From sequence record NC_061440.1: a DNA stretch of 64,000 bases. One strand, given 5' to 3'. The stretch's first letter is position 1, and every line of letters starts with the position of its first letter. Below the pieces are notes generated by a model that was not told the DNA's origin, did not search any database, and was given only the letters and a program-made list of their open reading frames with translations. Below are positions 1 to 10,593 of the stretch, piece by piece. Made by a program: the position numbers and the translations under genes.

Positions 1-1042
1 CCTGCACGTCGATCAGGGTACCGTTGGAGATAACGTCAGAAGACGCGTAACCCACGATATCCATTTCGTACGGATAGCTGTAGCGCTGGGTGTTGAAGCC
101 AGCAGGCAGACGGAAATCGAAGTGGTTATCTTCGGAGAACGGAACCATCTGGTACGGGTTGATAACCGCGTAGCTATCAGCACTGTGTACGTGCGCTGGT
201 ACTGGCAGAGTCGGCGCGTTCACATCAGACTCACGCACGGTGTAGCGCATGATCTGGAACGAGCCTGGGCTGTTAGTCGCAGGACGAACTTCCAGATCGT
301 TGTTGATAGAGCCGCCGCCGTTAACAGAGAACATGCAGAACAGAGGCGCTTTACCATCGACGACAACAGATCCATCAGAGTTGATAGCACGTTGAACTAC
401 CAGCCATGCACCACGGCAACCATCAGAGTCACGACCTTCAACTGCGAGATGCAGAGCGAAGCCATGCTCAGTCAGAGAGATGTGGTAGGTGAACGGTGAT
501 GCTTCTGGGTCTGCCCAAATCAGGCTGTCTGGGTTCTGCTGGCCAGCAGTGGCGTTGGTGGCGTTGGTTGGGTACGCCATGGTGCCGCCATAGTAAACAG
601 CGCCGTTACTGTTTGCAATGCCACGGTGCCAGAAACACACATCGTAGTCGCCAGTAGTACCACCAGTGTTACCATTAAAGCGAGCACCGACCTGACCAGC
701 ATACTCAGGGAAAGAAGTACCGCCAACAGTAACAGTACCCGTCTTAGCGATGGTGCCTGTGTCAGAGATCTGCTCCGGGGCAGCAACGTACAAGTTGGTA
801 CGCTTATCAGTGACTTTACAAGCTACACGCCAGCGCTGTTTGCCTGCACCAGTACCAGCCAACGGATCGATAGTCGAAGTAGCTTCAATAACGAATGAAG
901 CCAGGTCAGTGGACGGAATCGTCGAGGCGACGGTACCGTTAACGCTCACCAGCTGGAAACCATTATCCACCAAATCCTGAAGGATAGATTTCCACATCTT
1001 GATGTTGCTGGTGAAGCCAGATTTCACAATCAGTTTGTTCAT
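1..1042 (-). CDS. Virion structural/appendage protein, paralog of 1062-2048 (3' end runs off the window)
   Basis: Not in the ORF track because it is truncated. ATG at 1042 after an AGGGGA SD-like site; my translation begins MNKLIVKSGFTSNIKMWKSILQDLVDNGF and shares HGFALH..EG, PLFCMFS.GGG, INP..QV and RY.Y..D..GY.S.DV blocks with the next gene. Confidence 0.8.
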   Translation of the reverse strand, partial: MNKLIVKSGFTSNIKMWKSILQDLVDNGFQLVSVNGTVASTIPSTDLASFVIEATSTIDPLAGTGAGKQRWRVACKVTDKRTNLYVAAPEQISDTGTIAKTGTVTVGGTSFPEYAGQVGARFNGNTGGTTGDYDVCFWHRGIANSNGAVYYGGTMAYPTNATNATAGQQNPDSLIWADPEASPFTYHISLTEHGFALHLAVEGRDSDGCRGAWLVVQRAINSDGSVVVDGKAPLFCMFSVNGGGSINNDLEVRPATNSPGSFQIMRYTVRESDVNAPTLPVPAHVHSADSYAVINPYQMVPFSEDNHFDFRLPAGFNTQRYSYPYEMDIVGYASSDVISNGTLIDVQ

Positions 1043-1061
1043 GAGTCGTTATCCCCTAATA

Positions 1062-2048
1062 TTAAGCCGCGTCGCCAGTACCGATAGGAAGCATCAGACG
1101 CATACCACGGTTGTCTTTACCGTTTGCGTTCATGCCCAGGTACTTGGTTTTGTTAGTCGCTTTCAGCGGGTTCAACTGTACTTCGGAACCAGCAGAGAGA
1201 ACGTCAGCAGAGGTGTAACCCAGCATGTCCAGTGTAGCGAAGTACACATATCGTTGGGTGTTAATCATCTGCGGGAACAGCACGATGGCGCGGTTACCTT
1301 CTGCAATCATAACCTGTTGGAGCGGGTTGATGATTGGTGCGGAGTCAGGAGTCGGCTGTACGGCAGACAGAGGAACTGTCGCGCTGTAGATACCTGCTTC
1401 GATAACAGTGAAGCGCTGAATTGCTTCAGGCTTGATTGTATCAGGGTCGCCAGCCAGACCGCCGCCACACGAGAAGATGCAGAACAGTGGGCTATGATCA
1501 CCCGGCTTAGTATCGCCAGTCTGTACGCCACGCTGTGCAACGAACCAACTGAACGCGGTGCCAGTGTTGTCGAAACCTTCTGCGTTGATGTGCAGAGCGA
1601 TACCGTGGTCGGTGGTGATGAAGTCATAGGTCAGCGGGTATGCTGCCATGTCAGCGGTCGCATCCATCTTCCAGTCAGCAACCAGATCGATGAAGCTGTT
1701 AGCAATCAGACCAGACTTGGACAGACGGCCGATTTCTACGGTAGCAGAACGCTTCGCCGCAGTGTAGTCGTTCTCACTCACCTGAAGGTCAGGCAGAACG
1801 TTGATTGACAGAGTTTTAGCCGCGTTGTCAGCTTTGAGGATGATGCCCCATTGCTGCGTATCAAACAGCGGATCAACTGCGTCAGAGGCCATCAGGTAGA
1901 ATGCTTTACCATCTGGTTTGATCTGAGTACCAGCAGTACCATCGACTGCAACGAGTTCAAAACCCGCAGCAACCATTTTAGCCACCAGGTCACGGGTCAG
2001 AGCTTCCAGACCAATGATCTTAGTGGCAGTTACACGTTGAATAGCCAT
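1062..2048 (-). CDS. Virion structural/appendage protein (328 aa), paralog of 1-1042
   Basis: Long ORF with shared motif blocks, located in the structural cluster. Confidence 0.7.
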   Translation of the reverse strand: MAIQRVTATKIIGLEALTRDLVAKMVAAGFELVAVDGTAGTQIKPDGKAFYLMASDAVDPLFDTQQWGIILKADNAAKTLSINVLPDLQVSENDYTAAKRSATVEIGRLSKSGLIANSFIDLVADWKMDATADMAAYPLTYDFITTDHGIALHINAEGFDNTGTAFSWFVAQRGVQTGDTKPGDHSPLFCIFSCGGGLAGDPDTIKPEAIQRFTVIEAGIYSATVPLSAVQPTPDSAPIINPLQQVMIAEGNRAIVLFPQMINTQRYVYFATLDMLGYTSADVLSAGSEVQLNPLKATNKTKYLGMNANGKDNRGMRLMLPIGTGDAA

Positions 2049-2055
2049 AAGTTAA

Positions 2056-2841
2056 TCACTCCATTACCAGATAGGTTACAGTGAGTTTCGGTTTCGACGG
2101 CGAGGTGCCGATATTCTTCATACGCCACGAAATTGTAGGCGTGTTGTCCTTGTTGGACAAGAAGCTGTATCGGCGCAGCTTACGAATGACAGGATTGCCT
2201 TCGCTATCCACATCAGAGAACACGCCGTCATCTTCAAGAAAATTAGCAGTGGAGCGGAATAAATACGGATTTCTGTCGTCGCGTTGCGCTGTAGGGAATG
2301 CGGAGAGTTCCACATCAAACGCATTGAGTTGAACAGAAAGCAGCATCACGGTGCGGTTCATCTGCAAATCAAAATCAATCTGCTGACCAGGAGTAATGTA
2401 CGAAGGTGATTCGTACTCCACAGTCTTACGCACACCAGCACTCTCATTGCCGCTCAAGTCGGCCCAGAACATTGTACCATTAGCGCCAGACACGAGGGTC
2501 ATCCCTGCGTATTCAGGCTCAGGCACTTGTTTACTTGGGTCGAGGCCTACAACAGTCAGACCTGTCTCATCCACAGCAGTAACGAAAGGCGACTCGAACT
2601 TATACTCCGAGCCACCAAATTTCGCTTCTTCCCATGTCACGTTGTCGGCACCAAGCTGATACATCTTCTTGGTCTCGGTCACGTAACACAACATCCCAGG
2701 CTTTTTATTACCTACGGACATTGTGTCACGCAACGCGAGTGTAGCAAGACAACGCATACCCCCACGAAGATAAACATCCTCGAGGAGGTATGGGAGAGCT
2801 GCGGATGCTGGTAACAGGAACGAAGTCATCATTACCGGCAT
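2056..2841 (-). CDS. Putative tail/fibre-associated structural protein (about 261 aa)
   Basis: Start moved to ATG 2841 (MPVMMTSF) after AAGGAG. The N-terminal LRGG...GMLCYVTETKKMYQL motif resembles modules seen in phage tail proteins. Confidence 0.6.
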   Translation of the reverse strand: MPVMMTSFLLPASAALPYLLEDVYLRGGMRCLATLALRDTMSVGNKKPGMLCYVTETKKMYQLGADNVTWEEAKFGGSEYKFESPFVTAVDETGLTVVGLDPSKQVPEPEYAGMTLVSGANGTMFWADLSGNESAGVRKTVEYESPSYITPGQQIDFDLQMNRTVMLLSVQLNAFDVELSAFPTAQRDDRNPYLFRSTANFLEDDGVFSDVDSEGNPVIRKLRRYSFLSNKDNTPTISWRMKNIGTSPSKPKLTVTYLVME

Positions 2842-2851
2842 CTTATTCTCC

Positions 2852-5800
2852 TTACGCGGTACCTGAACCTGGGGTCGAAGAACCATAGGTCAGTTTAAAC
2901 GTATACGCCAGATTATCAAACGGGAAGTCGTTACGATAGACAACGTAATCAACACCATTGATAGTCACTTCGGCAGGACCAGCAAAGTTGAAGTCATCGA
3001 ACTCCAACGCACCATCCCATGAACCAGCGAAGCCTTGAGCAGACTCGACGAAGTAACCATAGCCCAGAGACTTCGGCCACGCAACGTAGAAGAACACGTT
3101 GTTCGTAGAGGTACTCGTTCCACCAGGACAGTTCAAGAGTTGCTGACCAGTCAGAGTCAACGCAGTTTGCAAACCCTGCACGAACGCTGCGTCATAACCA
3201 GAGACAGACTTGATCTTAGAGTGCCAGCCGAAGCGAGCGCCCAGGTCAGAAGACTGTTGTGGTTTGAGCGTAACGTCTTTCGTTGCAGTAACAGTCTTAC
3301 CGTTCTTGACATACGACACAGTGATAGTTACCACGGCATCAGCAGTCACAGCGTTAGACTTCAACGAACCGCCTACAACACTCAGGCCAGTCACCGTACC
3401 GGACTTCACAGCCACAGACCACGTTGTACCGCTATCCGCAGTAACGTCAGGTGTGGTGCCATCAGACAGAGTTGCCGTTGCAGTGTATGCAGTGGTCACG
3501 CCGCCAATGATAGAAGCAGGTCCAGTGATAACCACTGAGTCAGGCGTCGGTGGAGCTGGCGTGTTCGTTACAGTCAGGTTCGCAGTTTGCGCTTGGCTGT
3601 TATACGAAGCAGTACCAGTGATCACCGCAGTCTGAGTCGTGCTCACAGTGTTACCTGTGATGGTGTTGTTGCCATTGAACGTGAAGCCCGTAGTGGAGCC
3701 AGAGCTACGCGTTACAACAGGTGTCAGATCAACCGTCGTGCTATCAGAGAACGTCAGGCGCAGGATATAGGTACCTGTCTCACCTTTGTTCACAGCAGTA
3801 GGACCAATCAGCTCGCGCTTAGTGATCGTTGCTGCCTGATTGATAATCTGGATGGTCTTCTCTGGTGCATACGTTTTGCCGTCAACGACGACGTTAGCAG
3901 CACGGAGGATTACCGTCTGGTTCTGCGTGATGGAGTTTGGCGGTGAAGTCAACTTCGCACGAGTCGAAGTAGTACCAACACCAAGCGTCACATATGCAGC
4001 ACCTTGAGGCAATGACCAAGTAGGCAGAGAAGTGTACTCAACCTGCGAACCAGACAGACGAGTAATACGCACCAGATAGTCACCAGATGCAGTACCTTCG
4101 GTGATGCTGTCTGCGCCGATGATTTCTACAGTGCTCACGTCATCCGTAGGACCAGTGACAGTGAACTGAACGCTACCAGTCTTCGTTACGCTGCCAACAG
4201 TAGCGACAACGTTAAGCTGGAAGGTCAGAGTACCGAAGAAGCCAGTCAGAGCAGCTTTCGTACGGATGCGCCATCCTGTTGTTCCACCAGCAACAATCTC
4301 AAAGTAAGTTTGTGCATTAGAGGACAACGTATAGCTAAGTTCGCCGCTTGTACCCTCACGAGTAGAAGAATCAGAGAACGTCAGAGTGCTATGCAGGTCA
4401 CGGGTCACAGCCGCAGCGGTACCGTAATCAAACGCAGGCGATGGAGCCAGAGGTTGAACGGACAGCAGACTGATCACGATGATGTTTTTAACCAGCACAG
4501 ACTTCTGCGCGTTACGACCATCGTAAGTAGCACGAATCAGAACAGTGGTGTCCTGAGTCACTTCACCTGCCGACAGGATGCCCGTCTGCGCGATGCTTGC
4601 GATTGCGCTACCCTGAATGACAGACCACGTTGGCGCAGATACCTGACGCTCTGTACCGTTTGAAAGAATCTCCCACGCTGTAAACTGCGACGTGGTGTTT
4701 TCGTTCATCTGGTCAGCACCGCGAACTTCCAGTGAGGTCACAACCGGTGGATTACCAACGATAGTTACGCCCAGAGTCGCAGTCTTAGTGATACCGTTTT
4801 CAGTGTACGATGCGTAGATCGTTACGCTGGTATTTGCAATGTCTACTGCACCAGCAACAAGGTTGGAGTTGGTGAACGTTGCATAGTTCGACGGCTGCTG
4901 CAAGCGGAACTCGTTAGGAGTAATCGTCGCAGTGTGACCATCAGAGTAAGTAGCCAGCACGGTGTACGGTGTGGTGGTCTTCTCTTGTACGGACGACGGC
5001 CCAACAATCTTGATGCTCGACAGGTCAACAACAGGCACAACGTTCACGATAAGAATATCGAGTGTCGCGCTCTTAGTGATGCCGTTTTCCGTGTACGTTG
5101 CAGACAGCTTCACAGGAATGTCAGAAGACACTTTGCCTGCGTTAACGGTCTTGTTCACGATAGTCACAACATCCAGACGGTCGGCAGTGAAGGTCGTCGG
5201 GTCAATCAGCTTCGTGCTTCCGTCAGAGTAGGTAGCGAGGAACGTATAGTTCGCGCTTTCCTCGCTGCGGATTGTGTTCGCACCCTGGATTGCCAGAGAG
5301 GACAGCACAACAGCTTCTGTCTCTTTCAGAATCGTAACGTTCTTCGTGCCAGTCACTGTCTGGTCGGCAGTGATGTACGTTGCAGTCAACACAATCTGAC
5401 GGTCAGAGACAGTCTCTTTACGAGCCGTGACCACGTTGCCACTGATAGTGGTGTACGTTGTAGGTGCAGCCGTGAAGGAGTTCTGCGTAACCATTTCGGT
5501 ATCGCCGTTCGACCACGTAATACGGAACGTGTATGTCGCGCTCTGCTGAGAAACGATGGTAGAAGCACCAAGCACCTCAAGCTGAGTAATCAACTGCGCT
5601 TTAACCGTCACGTTCTTATTCGCCGTGAAGGTAACGCCGTTGTACACGTAGGTCGCAGTCAGTTTGACGACGGTATCGACAGAGACTTTCTTCGCAGTAC
5701 CCTGCAGGCCAACGAGGTCCAGAGCGTTTGCGTTATCAACCACGAAGTTCGTAGGCATGATAGTCGCAACGTTACCAGACTTGTAGCGAGCAGTGACGGT

Positions 5801-6862
5801 GTAGGTCTCTTTCTGTTTGTAGAACAGAGTGCCTGTGCCAACGATTGCGATAGACACCAGCTCATCGTCGATGATGAAGGTATTCTTGATCAGCAAGTTG
5901 TAGGTGGCTGTTACCCAGTTACCGTAAACAGGGTCACGCTTACGTGCAGTCACTTTCAACACAACGTCAGCAGCGAGGTCAGGAGCAGTAACAGTACCGT
6001 CCTGAGAGATAGTCACACCGATAACGTTTTCTTCGATAGACCACTCAACACCGTCAGGCTGGTGCTCGATACGATCAGACCATTCAGCGTCGATGTTCAG
6101 TTTGACGCTACTGTTATCCGACATGTAGCTCGCGTTACCCGGCAGGCTGATACGCAAGTTCATCAGGTGAGGAGATTCCCACTCGACGTTATCAGCAGTA
6201 GGCTTAACCCACTTACCGATGTACTTGTTCGGATTCGTTGGGTCTTGATCAACGATAGCCAGCACGTAGCCTTCTTGCGGTTCGTTAGAGCTTGAGACTT
6301 CAACGAATGCAGTGGCGTTCAGACGAATCATGGTACGAGCATAATCAGGATGATCGTGATTAGTCGGATAACGTGCGTTAGACATGCGCGGGTCAGAGCT
6401 GGACACAGCAACAGTCTCGTCCGAAGAAGCAGGTTCGTCTTTAGTGACGACACTACCCAAACGGTTAGTAGTTGCGTGTGGTACTTCCAGTTCACCTACG
6501 TCAATGCCGAGGTCGCCAGCGTTCTCCACAACAAAGCGGAAGAACTGTTTCTGGCTAAACAACTGCGCGTAGTCATTTACGGTGACCCATGAGCCACGGT
6601 GATTACCATCAGACACGCTACTGGTACGGCGCAGCACATACATATACTGCGGGCTACCAGAGTTGGCATCAATCCAAATCAGGTTGTACGGCTTTTCAGA
6701 AAACGACGGCTCGGTCATAGACACGACAACCTGATGCACTTCCGTTTGATCGTTCGCGTTAGGTCGGAACAAGAAAGTGATTGGGTTACGTGGCGTCAGA
6801 CCGCGAGTGCGAGCCAGGCCGATATACTGTTTAGCAAAGCCGTCGATCGTGGTTACGCTCAT
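2852..6862 (-). CDS. Large Ig-like-repeat fibre/whisker protein (1336 aa)
   Basis: About 9-10 repeats of roughly 95-100 aa with L.S+.I.G...Y...A.YSDG pattern (bacterial Ig-like); Thr/Val/Ser rich; N- and C-terminal modules shared with neighbouring genes. Confidence 0.8.
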   Translation of the reverse strand: MSVTTIDGFAKQYIGLARTRGLTPRNPITFLFRPNANDQTEVHQVVVSMTEPSFSEKPYNLIWIDANSGSPQYMYVLRRTSSVSDGNHRGSWVTVNDYAQLFSQKQFFRFVVENAGDLGIDVGELEVPHATTNRLGSVVTKDEPASSDETVAVSSSDPRMSNARYPTNHDHPDYARTMIRLNATAFVEVSSSNEPQEGYVLAIVDQDPTNPNKYIGKWVKPTADNVEWESPHLMNLRISLPGNASYMSDNSSVKLNIDAEWSDRIEHQPDGVEWSIEENVIGVTISQDGTVTAPDLAADVVLKVTARKRDPVYGNWVTATYNLLIKNTFIIDDELVSIAIVGTGTLFYKQKETYTVTARYKSGNVATIMPTNFVVDNANALDLVGLQGTAKKVSVDTVVKLTATYVYNGVTFTANKNVTVKAQLITQLEVLGASTIVSQQSATYTFRITWSNGDTEMVTQNSFTAAPTTYTTISGNVVTARKETVSDRQIVLTATYITADQTVTGTKNVTILKETEAVVLSSLAIQGANTIRSEESANYTFLATYSDGSTKLIDPTTFTADRLDVVTIVNKTVNAGKVSSDIPVKLSATYTENGITKSATLDILIVNVVPVVDLSSIKIVGPSSVQEKTTTPYTVLATYSDGHTATITPNEFRLQQPSNYATFTNSNLVAGAVDIANTSVTIYASYTENGITKTATLGVTIVGNPPVVTSLEVRGADQMNENTTSQFTAWEILSNGTERQVSAPTWSVIQGSAIASIAQTGILSAGEVTQDTTVLIRATYDGRNAQKSVLVKNIIVISLLSVQPLAPSPAFDYGTAAAVTRDLHSTLTFSDSSTREGTSGELSYTLSSNAQTYFEIVAGGTTGWRIRTKAALTGFFGTLTFQLNVVATVGSVTKTGSVQFTVTGPTDDVSTVEIIGADSITEGTASGDYLVRITRLSGSQVEYTSLPTWSLPQGAAYVTLGVGTTSTRAKLTSPPNSITQNQTVILRAANVVVDGKTYAPEKTIQIINQAATITKRELIGPTAVNKGETGTYILRLTFSDSTTVDLTPVVTRSSGSTTGFTFNGNNTITGNTVSTTQTAVITGTASYNSQAQTANLTVTNTPAPPTPDSVVITGPASIIGGVTTAYTATATLSDGTTPDVTADSGTTWSVAVKSGTVTGLSVVGGSLKSNAVTADAVVTITVSYVKNGKTVTATKDVTLKPQQSSDLGARFGWHSKIKSVSGYDAAFVQGLQTALTLTGQQLLNCPGGTSTSTNNVFFYVAWPKSLGYGYFVESAQGFAGSWDGALEFDDFNFAGPAEVTINGVDYVVYRNDFPFDNLAYTFKLTYGSSTPGSGTA

Positions 6863-6865
6863 TCA

Positions 6866-7492
6866 TTATTCTCCAAGAATGTCGGTCGCAATCAGATGGC
6901 CGTATGATGCTTTCACGTTAGTGTCAGCAATGAACGTAGAACCGTTGTCGCCAACGTCTGCATCCATGTTCACTTTGTCCTGCACGGTCTTCACTTCAAC
7001 CAGCGGCTTCTCTGGGTGCATTTCATCATGCGGCAGAGGAGTACGCTTGTCGGTGTTACGTGGGTCCGTTGTGGACACGAACGTAGGACGACCAACAGCA
7101 GCAGGCTCAGTAGTCAGACGCGCAATACCGTATTCGTCCACAGACGCGTTCGGGATGTTATCGCTACCACTGATATCAGACGGATCGTAATACTGCGGTG
7201 CCCAGAACGAGTTGAAGTTCTTCACTTCTTCCCAGGTATTCTGGAAGCCACCAGCAGGCGTCTTAGACTTACGTGCAAGGAACTTACGATAGTAAATGCT
7301 ATCGCGTACCATGCACAGCCAGACGACGTTCATTGGCAGCACGATGCCTACAGGCTCTTCCTGCGCAATGATGTGCGTACAACTGATGTTGAGTGTCGGG
7401 TTAATCTGACGAACAACTTGCTCTTTAGCAGTGTCGTCCATGAATCCCGTTACAGCCAACAGAGCAGCAGCGATATCGTTCAGTGTAGTCAT
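6866..7492 (-). CDS. Structural protein (208 aa), paralog of the N-module of the 1336-aa protein
   Basis: Shared P.N.+W, W, P.A....G and DPR...R.P..H..HP motifs. Confidence 0.7.
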   Translation of the reverse strand: MTTLNDIAAALLAVTGFMDDTAKEQVVRQINPTLNISCTHIIAQEEPVGIVLPMNVVWLCMVRDSIYYRKFLARKSKTPAGGFQNTWEEVKNFNSFWAPQYYDPSDISGSDNIPNASVDEYGIARLTTEPAAVGRPTFVSTTDPRNTDKRTPLPHDEMHPEKPLVEVKTVQDKVNMDADVGDNGSTFIADTNVKASYGHLIATDILGE

Positions 7493-7501
7493 AACCGCTC
7501 C

Positions 7502-8140
7502 TTAATCAGTAGGCTGGCCGAGTTCAGATTCACGCACCTTACGCCATTGAAGCGTAGAGTCTTCAAGCACCATGACCTGATTCACAGCAGGAACCAGCTG
7601 GTCTTTAATCGGTACGTGTTCTTCGCCATAACTACCGTTGATGCTGATCATGGTAGCAGGCTTCTCAGGGTGCGTGTGGTCAAGCGGGTCACGATTGTTA
7701 GTGAGTGTTTCATCACCTTCAATCAGAACGCGAGACTCTGCTTCGGGATAAGACAGATATCCCACACCACGAGTGATTGAAGTCGCAAGTGGTGGCAGCG
7801 CACGGTTGATGATTTGCAGATCGTTCGGGTCATACGTCTGTTCCATCATGGCATCATCATAGAAATACAGCGCAGTCCAAACATCCTGATACGGGTCTGA
7901 ATTGTTCTTGGCAGTACGTTTGAACGCAGTACCATACGTGGACGATTCAGGGTTGTAGTCAATCCAGATCGCATTGATCGGAAGGACCACGAAACGCGGA
8001 ACTGCATACGAGCAGTAGAACAACAGGCCCAACTGCGAACCATCTTTGGGAAGACGGAACATGATTGGGTTTTTGTTCTGCTGGTGGATATTCGTAAGCA
8101 ACTCAACGTTACTGATGAACTGTTCAAGTTTCAGTTCCAT
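7502..8140 (-). CDS. Structural protein (212 aa), paralog of the same N-module
   Basis: PINAIWID and NNRDPLDHTHPEKP match 6866-7492 and the 1336-aa N-terminus. Confidence 0.7.
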   Translation of the reverse strand: MELKLEQFISNVELLTNIHQQNKNPIMFRLPKDGSQLGLLFYCSYAVPRFVVLPINAIWIDYNPESSTYGTAFKRTAKNNSDPYQDVWTALYFYDDAMMEQTYDPNDLQIINRALPPLATSITRGVGYLSYPEAESRVLIEGDETLTNNRDPLDHTHPEKPATMISINGSYGEEHVPIKDQLVPAVNQVMVLEDSTLQWRKVRESELGQPTD

Positions 8141-8174
8141 TGTGTTCTCCGTTTACCAGAAGCGGTGGTTAAAA

Positions 8175-8870
8175 TTATACAGGGTCACCGGACTTAGGAC
8201 TGGTGGAACCGTATTTAATGCGGAACACATAGTCGAGACTATCGAACGGGAAATCGTTCCTGTACACGACATAATCAAAGCCACCAAGTGATACTTCCGC
8301 TGCGCCTACAAAGTTGAAGTCGTTAAACTCCATGGCGCCATCCCACGAACCAGAGAAGCCCTGTACCGTCTCTTGGAAATACCCATAGAGCAGTCGCTTA
8401 GGCCAGGCCACGTAGAAGAAGCGGTTGTTATCAGAAGTAGATTGGTTCGGTGGGCAAGTGATTTGTTGCGGACTAGTCTCACCCAAAATGGTAGGGAGAG
8501 AACGGAAGAAGGTGTCGTTGTAATCAAGTATCGACAACACTTTATCGTGAACGCCGAAGCGTGGACCGTACTCACCACTGAACGGCACAGACACTCTTAC
8601 TTTGTTTGACGTAGCGTTGAGCGTCGTGCTGACGTTATACGCCTTAGCAACAAGGTCGTGTTCACCAGTATCGAATGGCAAAGTGAAGTCAAAGTAGGCA
8701 GTCGAACCTGACGTCGGCATATCAAGTTTCTTGAGCACCGTACCCGCAGCGTTTTCAATCTGGAGTGTACCACGCAGTGGTGGGTTGTCCATACTTACCA
8801 AGAAGCGGAGCTCCTTGTTACGCAGCGAGAAGCAGTATTCCAAGTTACCTTGAATGGTCAAAGTAAGCAT
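8175..8870 (-). CDS. Structural protein (231 aa) sharing the C-terminal module of the 1336-aa protein
   Basis: FFYVAWPK..YGYF....GF.GSWDGA.EF.DFNF...YVVYRNDFPFD is nearly identical in both proteins. Confidence 0.75.
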   Translation of the reverse strand: MLTLTIQGNLEYCFSLRNKELRFLVSMDNPPLRGTLQIENAAGTVLKKLDMPTSGSTAYFDFTLPFDTGEHDLVAKAYNVSTTLNATSNKVRVSVPFSGEYGPRFGVHDKVLSILDYNDTFFRSLPTILGETSPQQITCPPNQSTSDNNRFFYVAWPKRLLYGYFQETVQGFSGSWDGAMEFNDFNFVGAAEVSLGGFDYVVYRNDFPFDSLDYVFRIKYGSTSPKSGDPV

Positions 8871-8886
8871 AGAACCTCACAATACG

Positions 8887-8912
8887 AAAAAAGGAGGACC
8901 GAAGCCCTCCTT
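8887..8912 (-). terminator. Rho-independent terminator after the tail sheath gene
   Basis: Minus strand AAGGAGGGC-TTCG-GTCCTCCTT followed by a T run. Confidence 0.8.
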
Positions 8913-8916
8913 AGTG

Positions 8917-10593
8917 TTACAGACTCAGACTTGTGGAGGTACTGCCTGACGGGTTGATGTTGAAGCGATAGATCAGACGCTTGGTAGTGCGCGTCGGGTC
9001 TAACACGATATCCAGAATCAAATCGCCGTTAGCGATAGTCTGGTTCGTGTTGTTGTTCTCATCACACACAACCTGATAGCCTTGAGAGCCAGAGCTACCG
9101 CCACGAAGACCGCGAGCGAGTTTAATCTCCTCGAGGAACTTCTCAACAATACCCTTCAGGTAACCACGAAGGATGTTGTCGTTCGGGTCGAACAGGCCGA
9201 CTTTACAGGTGCGATGACACACCTCAAGCACGTAGCCAACCATACGCTGAATCTGAATCTGCTGGAAGGCAGAGTTCATGTTATACTGCGTACTCGCTTC
9301 CCAAACTGCGTAGCCACCACCAGAGATATCTGGCAGCTTACGGATGTAGTTGACCTGCTCACGGGTCATAGCATCACGGTCGTCCTGATCATACTTCTGC
9401 GCGATAGCGAGGAAGTCGAGAGGGCTAGATGCAGTGATACCTGCAGGTGCGAACCACGTACCGCGGTTGTTGTCAGTGTACGCAAACACAGCACAGATCT
9501 GACCGACACAGGCTGTCCACAGGTAGCGGCCAGTATCTTCATCGAAGATTTTAATGTCAGGCGTATACAGTGCCATGTTGGTGTCGTTCACGTTCAACGT
9601 CTGGCGACGATAGCGAATCGCTTTAGACACAGACTGCTCGGCAGAAGGGATGCCGCAGATAACGAAGCAGTTGATGTGCGCAGCAGCCGCAGCTTTCATA
9701 CCACGGTGGATGATGTAGTCCTGAGTAGGGCTAATCAGCAGAGTCACACGAACTTCTTCTGGATCACCGAAGTAATCCTGATACGCTTGCGCCAGTTGGT
9801 CAGAACCAACAGTATCACCGTCTGAGCCACCTTGGAAGAAGATGAAGTCAGTGGTGAAGAAGTCGATATCAGTCGTGAAATATTCGTTACGGATGAAACG
9901 GAAGTTTGAACTCTCGTTCTCCATAGCGTGATCAACACGATACTGACGGTCGAACTCATCGGCATAGTCAAACAGACTGCACTGATAAGAGTTTACTGGC
10001 GCACTGCCGTTCTGGTAGTTCTCGAACTCGTCGATGTAGAACAGCTTCGTGTTGTACGATTTGCGGTCGTCGAACGGGTCGAGGCCACGTGGCGTAGCAG
10101 GACGAATCTGCAACGACATTGCGTTGTTCCAGTCACCTGGGTTTTCCAGAATGATGTAACCGATGATGTTTTCATTCAGCGGGTCATCAGGCAGGAAGCC
10201 TAGCTGGTCTGGAGAATCTACGCCAACGATATTACCTTCATCGTCAGTGTATGGAGTCAGGCGAAGTACAGGCTGTACAGCCGACGCGTCATCCACAGTC
10301 AGAACACCAACAGCGTACTTCGCGTTTTTAGTCACACGAACGTATTTAAGCTGATTGGTCTGTTTGGCTACAGGCAACGCTAAATATAAGCCGAGGCCAT
10401 ACTTGGGATCTTTTGCACCGAAGATGTTTTTCAAATCATCTTTATTACGCACATCAACACGCTGATTAACAGGACCTCGACGGGCCTGACCAACGATGCC
10501 TACGACGGACGTAGATAAAGACGTTGCACCAACGGAGAGATCCCGTACACCGGTGTAAACACCAGCAGAGGAATGCGTTGAGTTAACGGGCAT
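8917..10593 (-). CDS. Contractile tail sheath protein (558 aa)
   Basis: N-terminal AGVYT..RDLS, GQARRGPVN, and C-terminal VCDENNNT..IANGDLILDI match myovirus sheath proteins. Confidence 0.9.
   Translation of the reverse strand: MPVNSTHSSAGVYTGVRDLSVGATSLSTSVVGIVGQARRGPVNQRVDVRNKDDLKNIFGAKDPKYGLGLYLALPVAKQTNQLKYVRVTKNAKYAVGVLTVDDASAVQPVLRLTPYTDDEGNIVGVDSPDQLGFLPDDPLNENIIGYIILENPGDWNNAMSLQIRPATPRGLDPFDDRKSYNTKLFYIDEFENYQNGSAPVNSYQCSLFDYADEFDRQYRVDHAMENESSNFRFIRNEYFTTDIDFFTTDFIFFQGGSDGDTVGSDQLAQAYQDYFGDPEEVRVTLLISPTQDYIIHRGMKAAAAAHINCFVICGIPSAEQSVSKAIRYRRQTLNVNDTNMALYTPDIKIFDEDTGRYLWTACVGQICAVFAYTDNNRGTWFAPAGITASSPLDFLAIAQKYDQDDRDAMTREQVNYIRKLPDISGGGYAVWEASTQYNMNSAFQQIQIQRMVGYVLEVCHRTCKVGLFDPNDNILRGYLKGIVEKFLEEIKLARGLRGGSSGSQGYQVVCDENNNTNQTIANGDLILDIVLDPTRTTKRLIYRFNINPSGSTSTSLSL

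Noticed and set aside
4934-6295. Long plus-strand ORFs (for example 453 aa here, 479 aa at 24949-26388, 358 aa at 18213-19289)
   Set aside because: Antisense shadows of real minus-strand genes, with no SD and implausible composition
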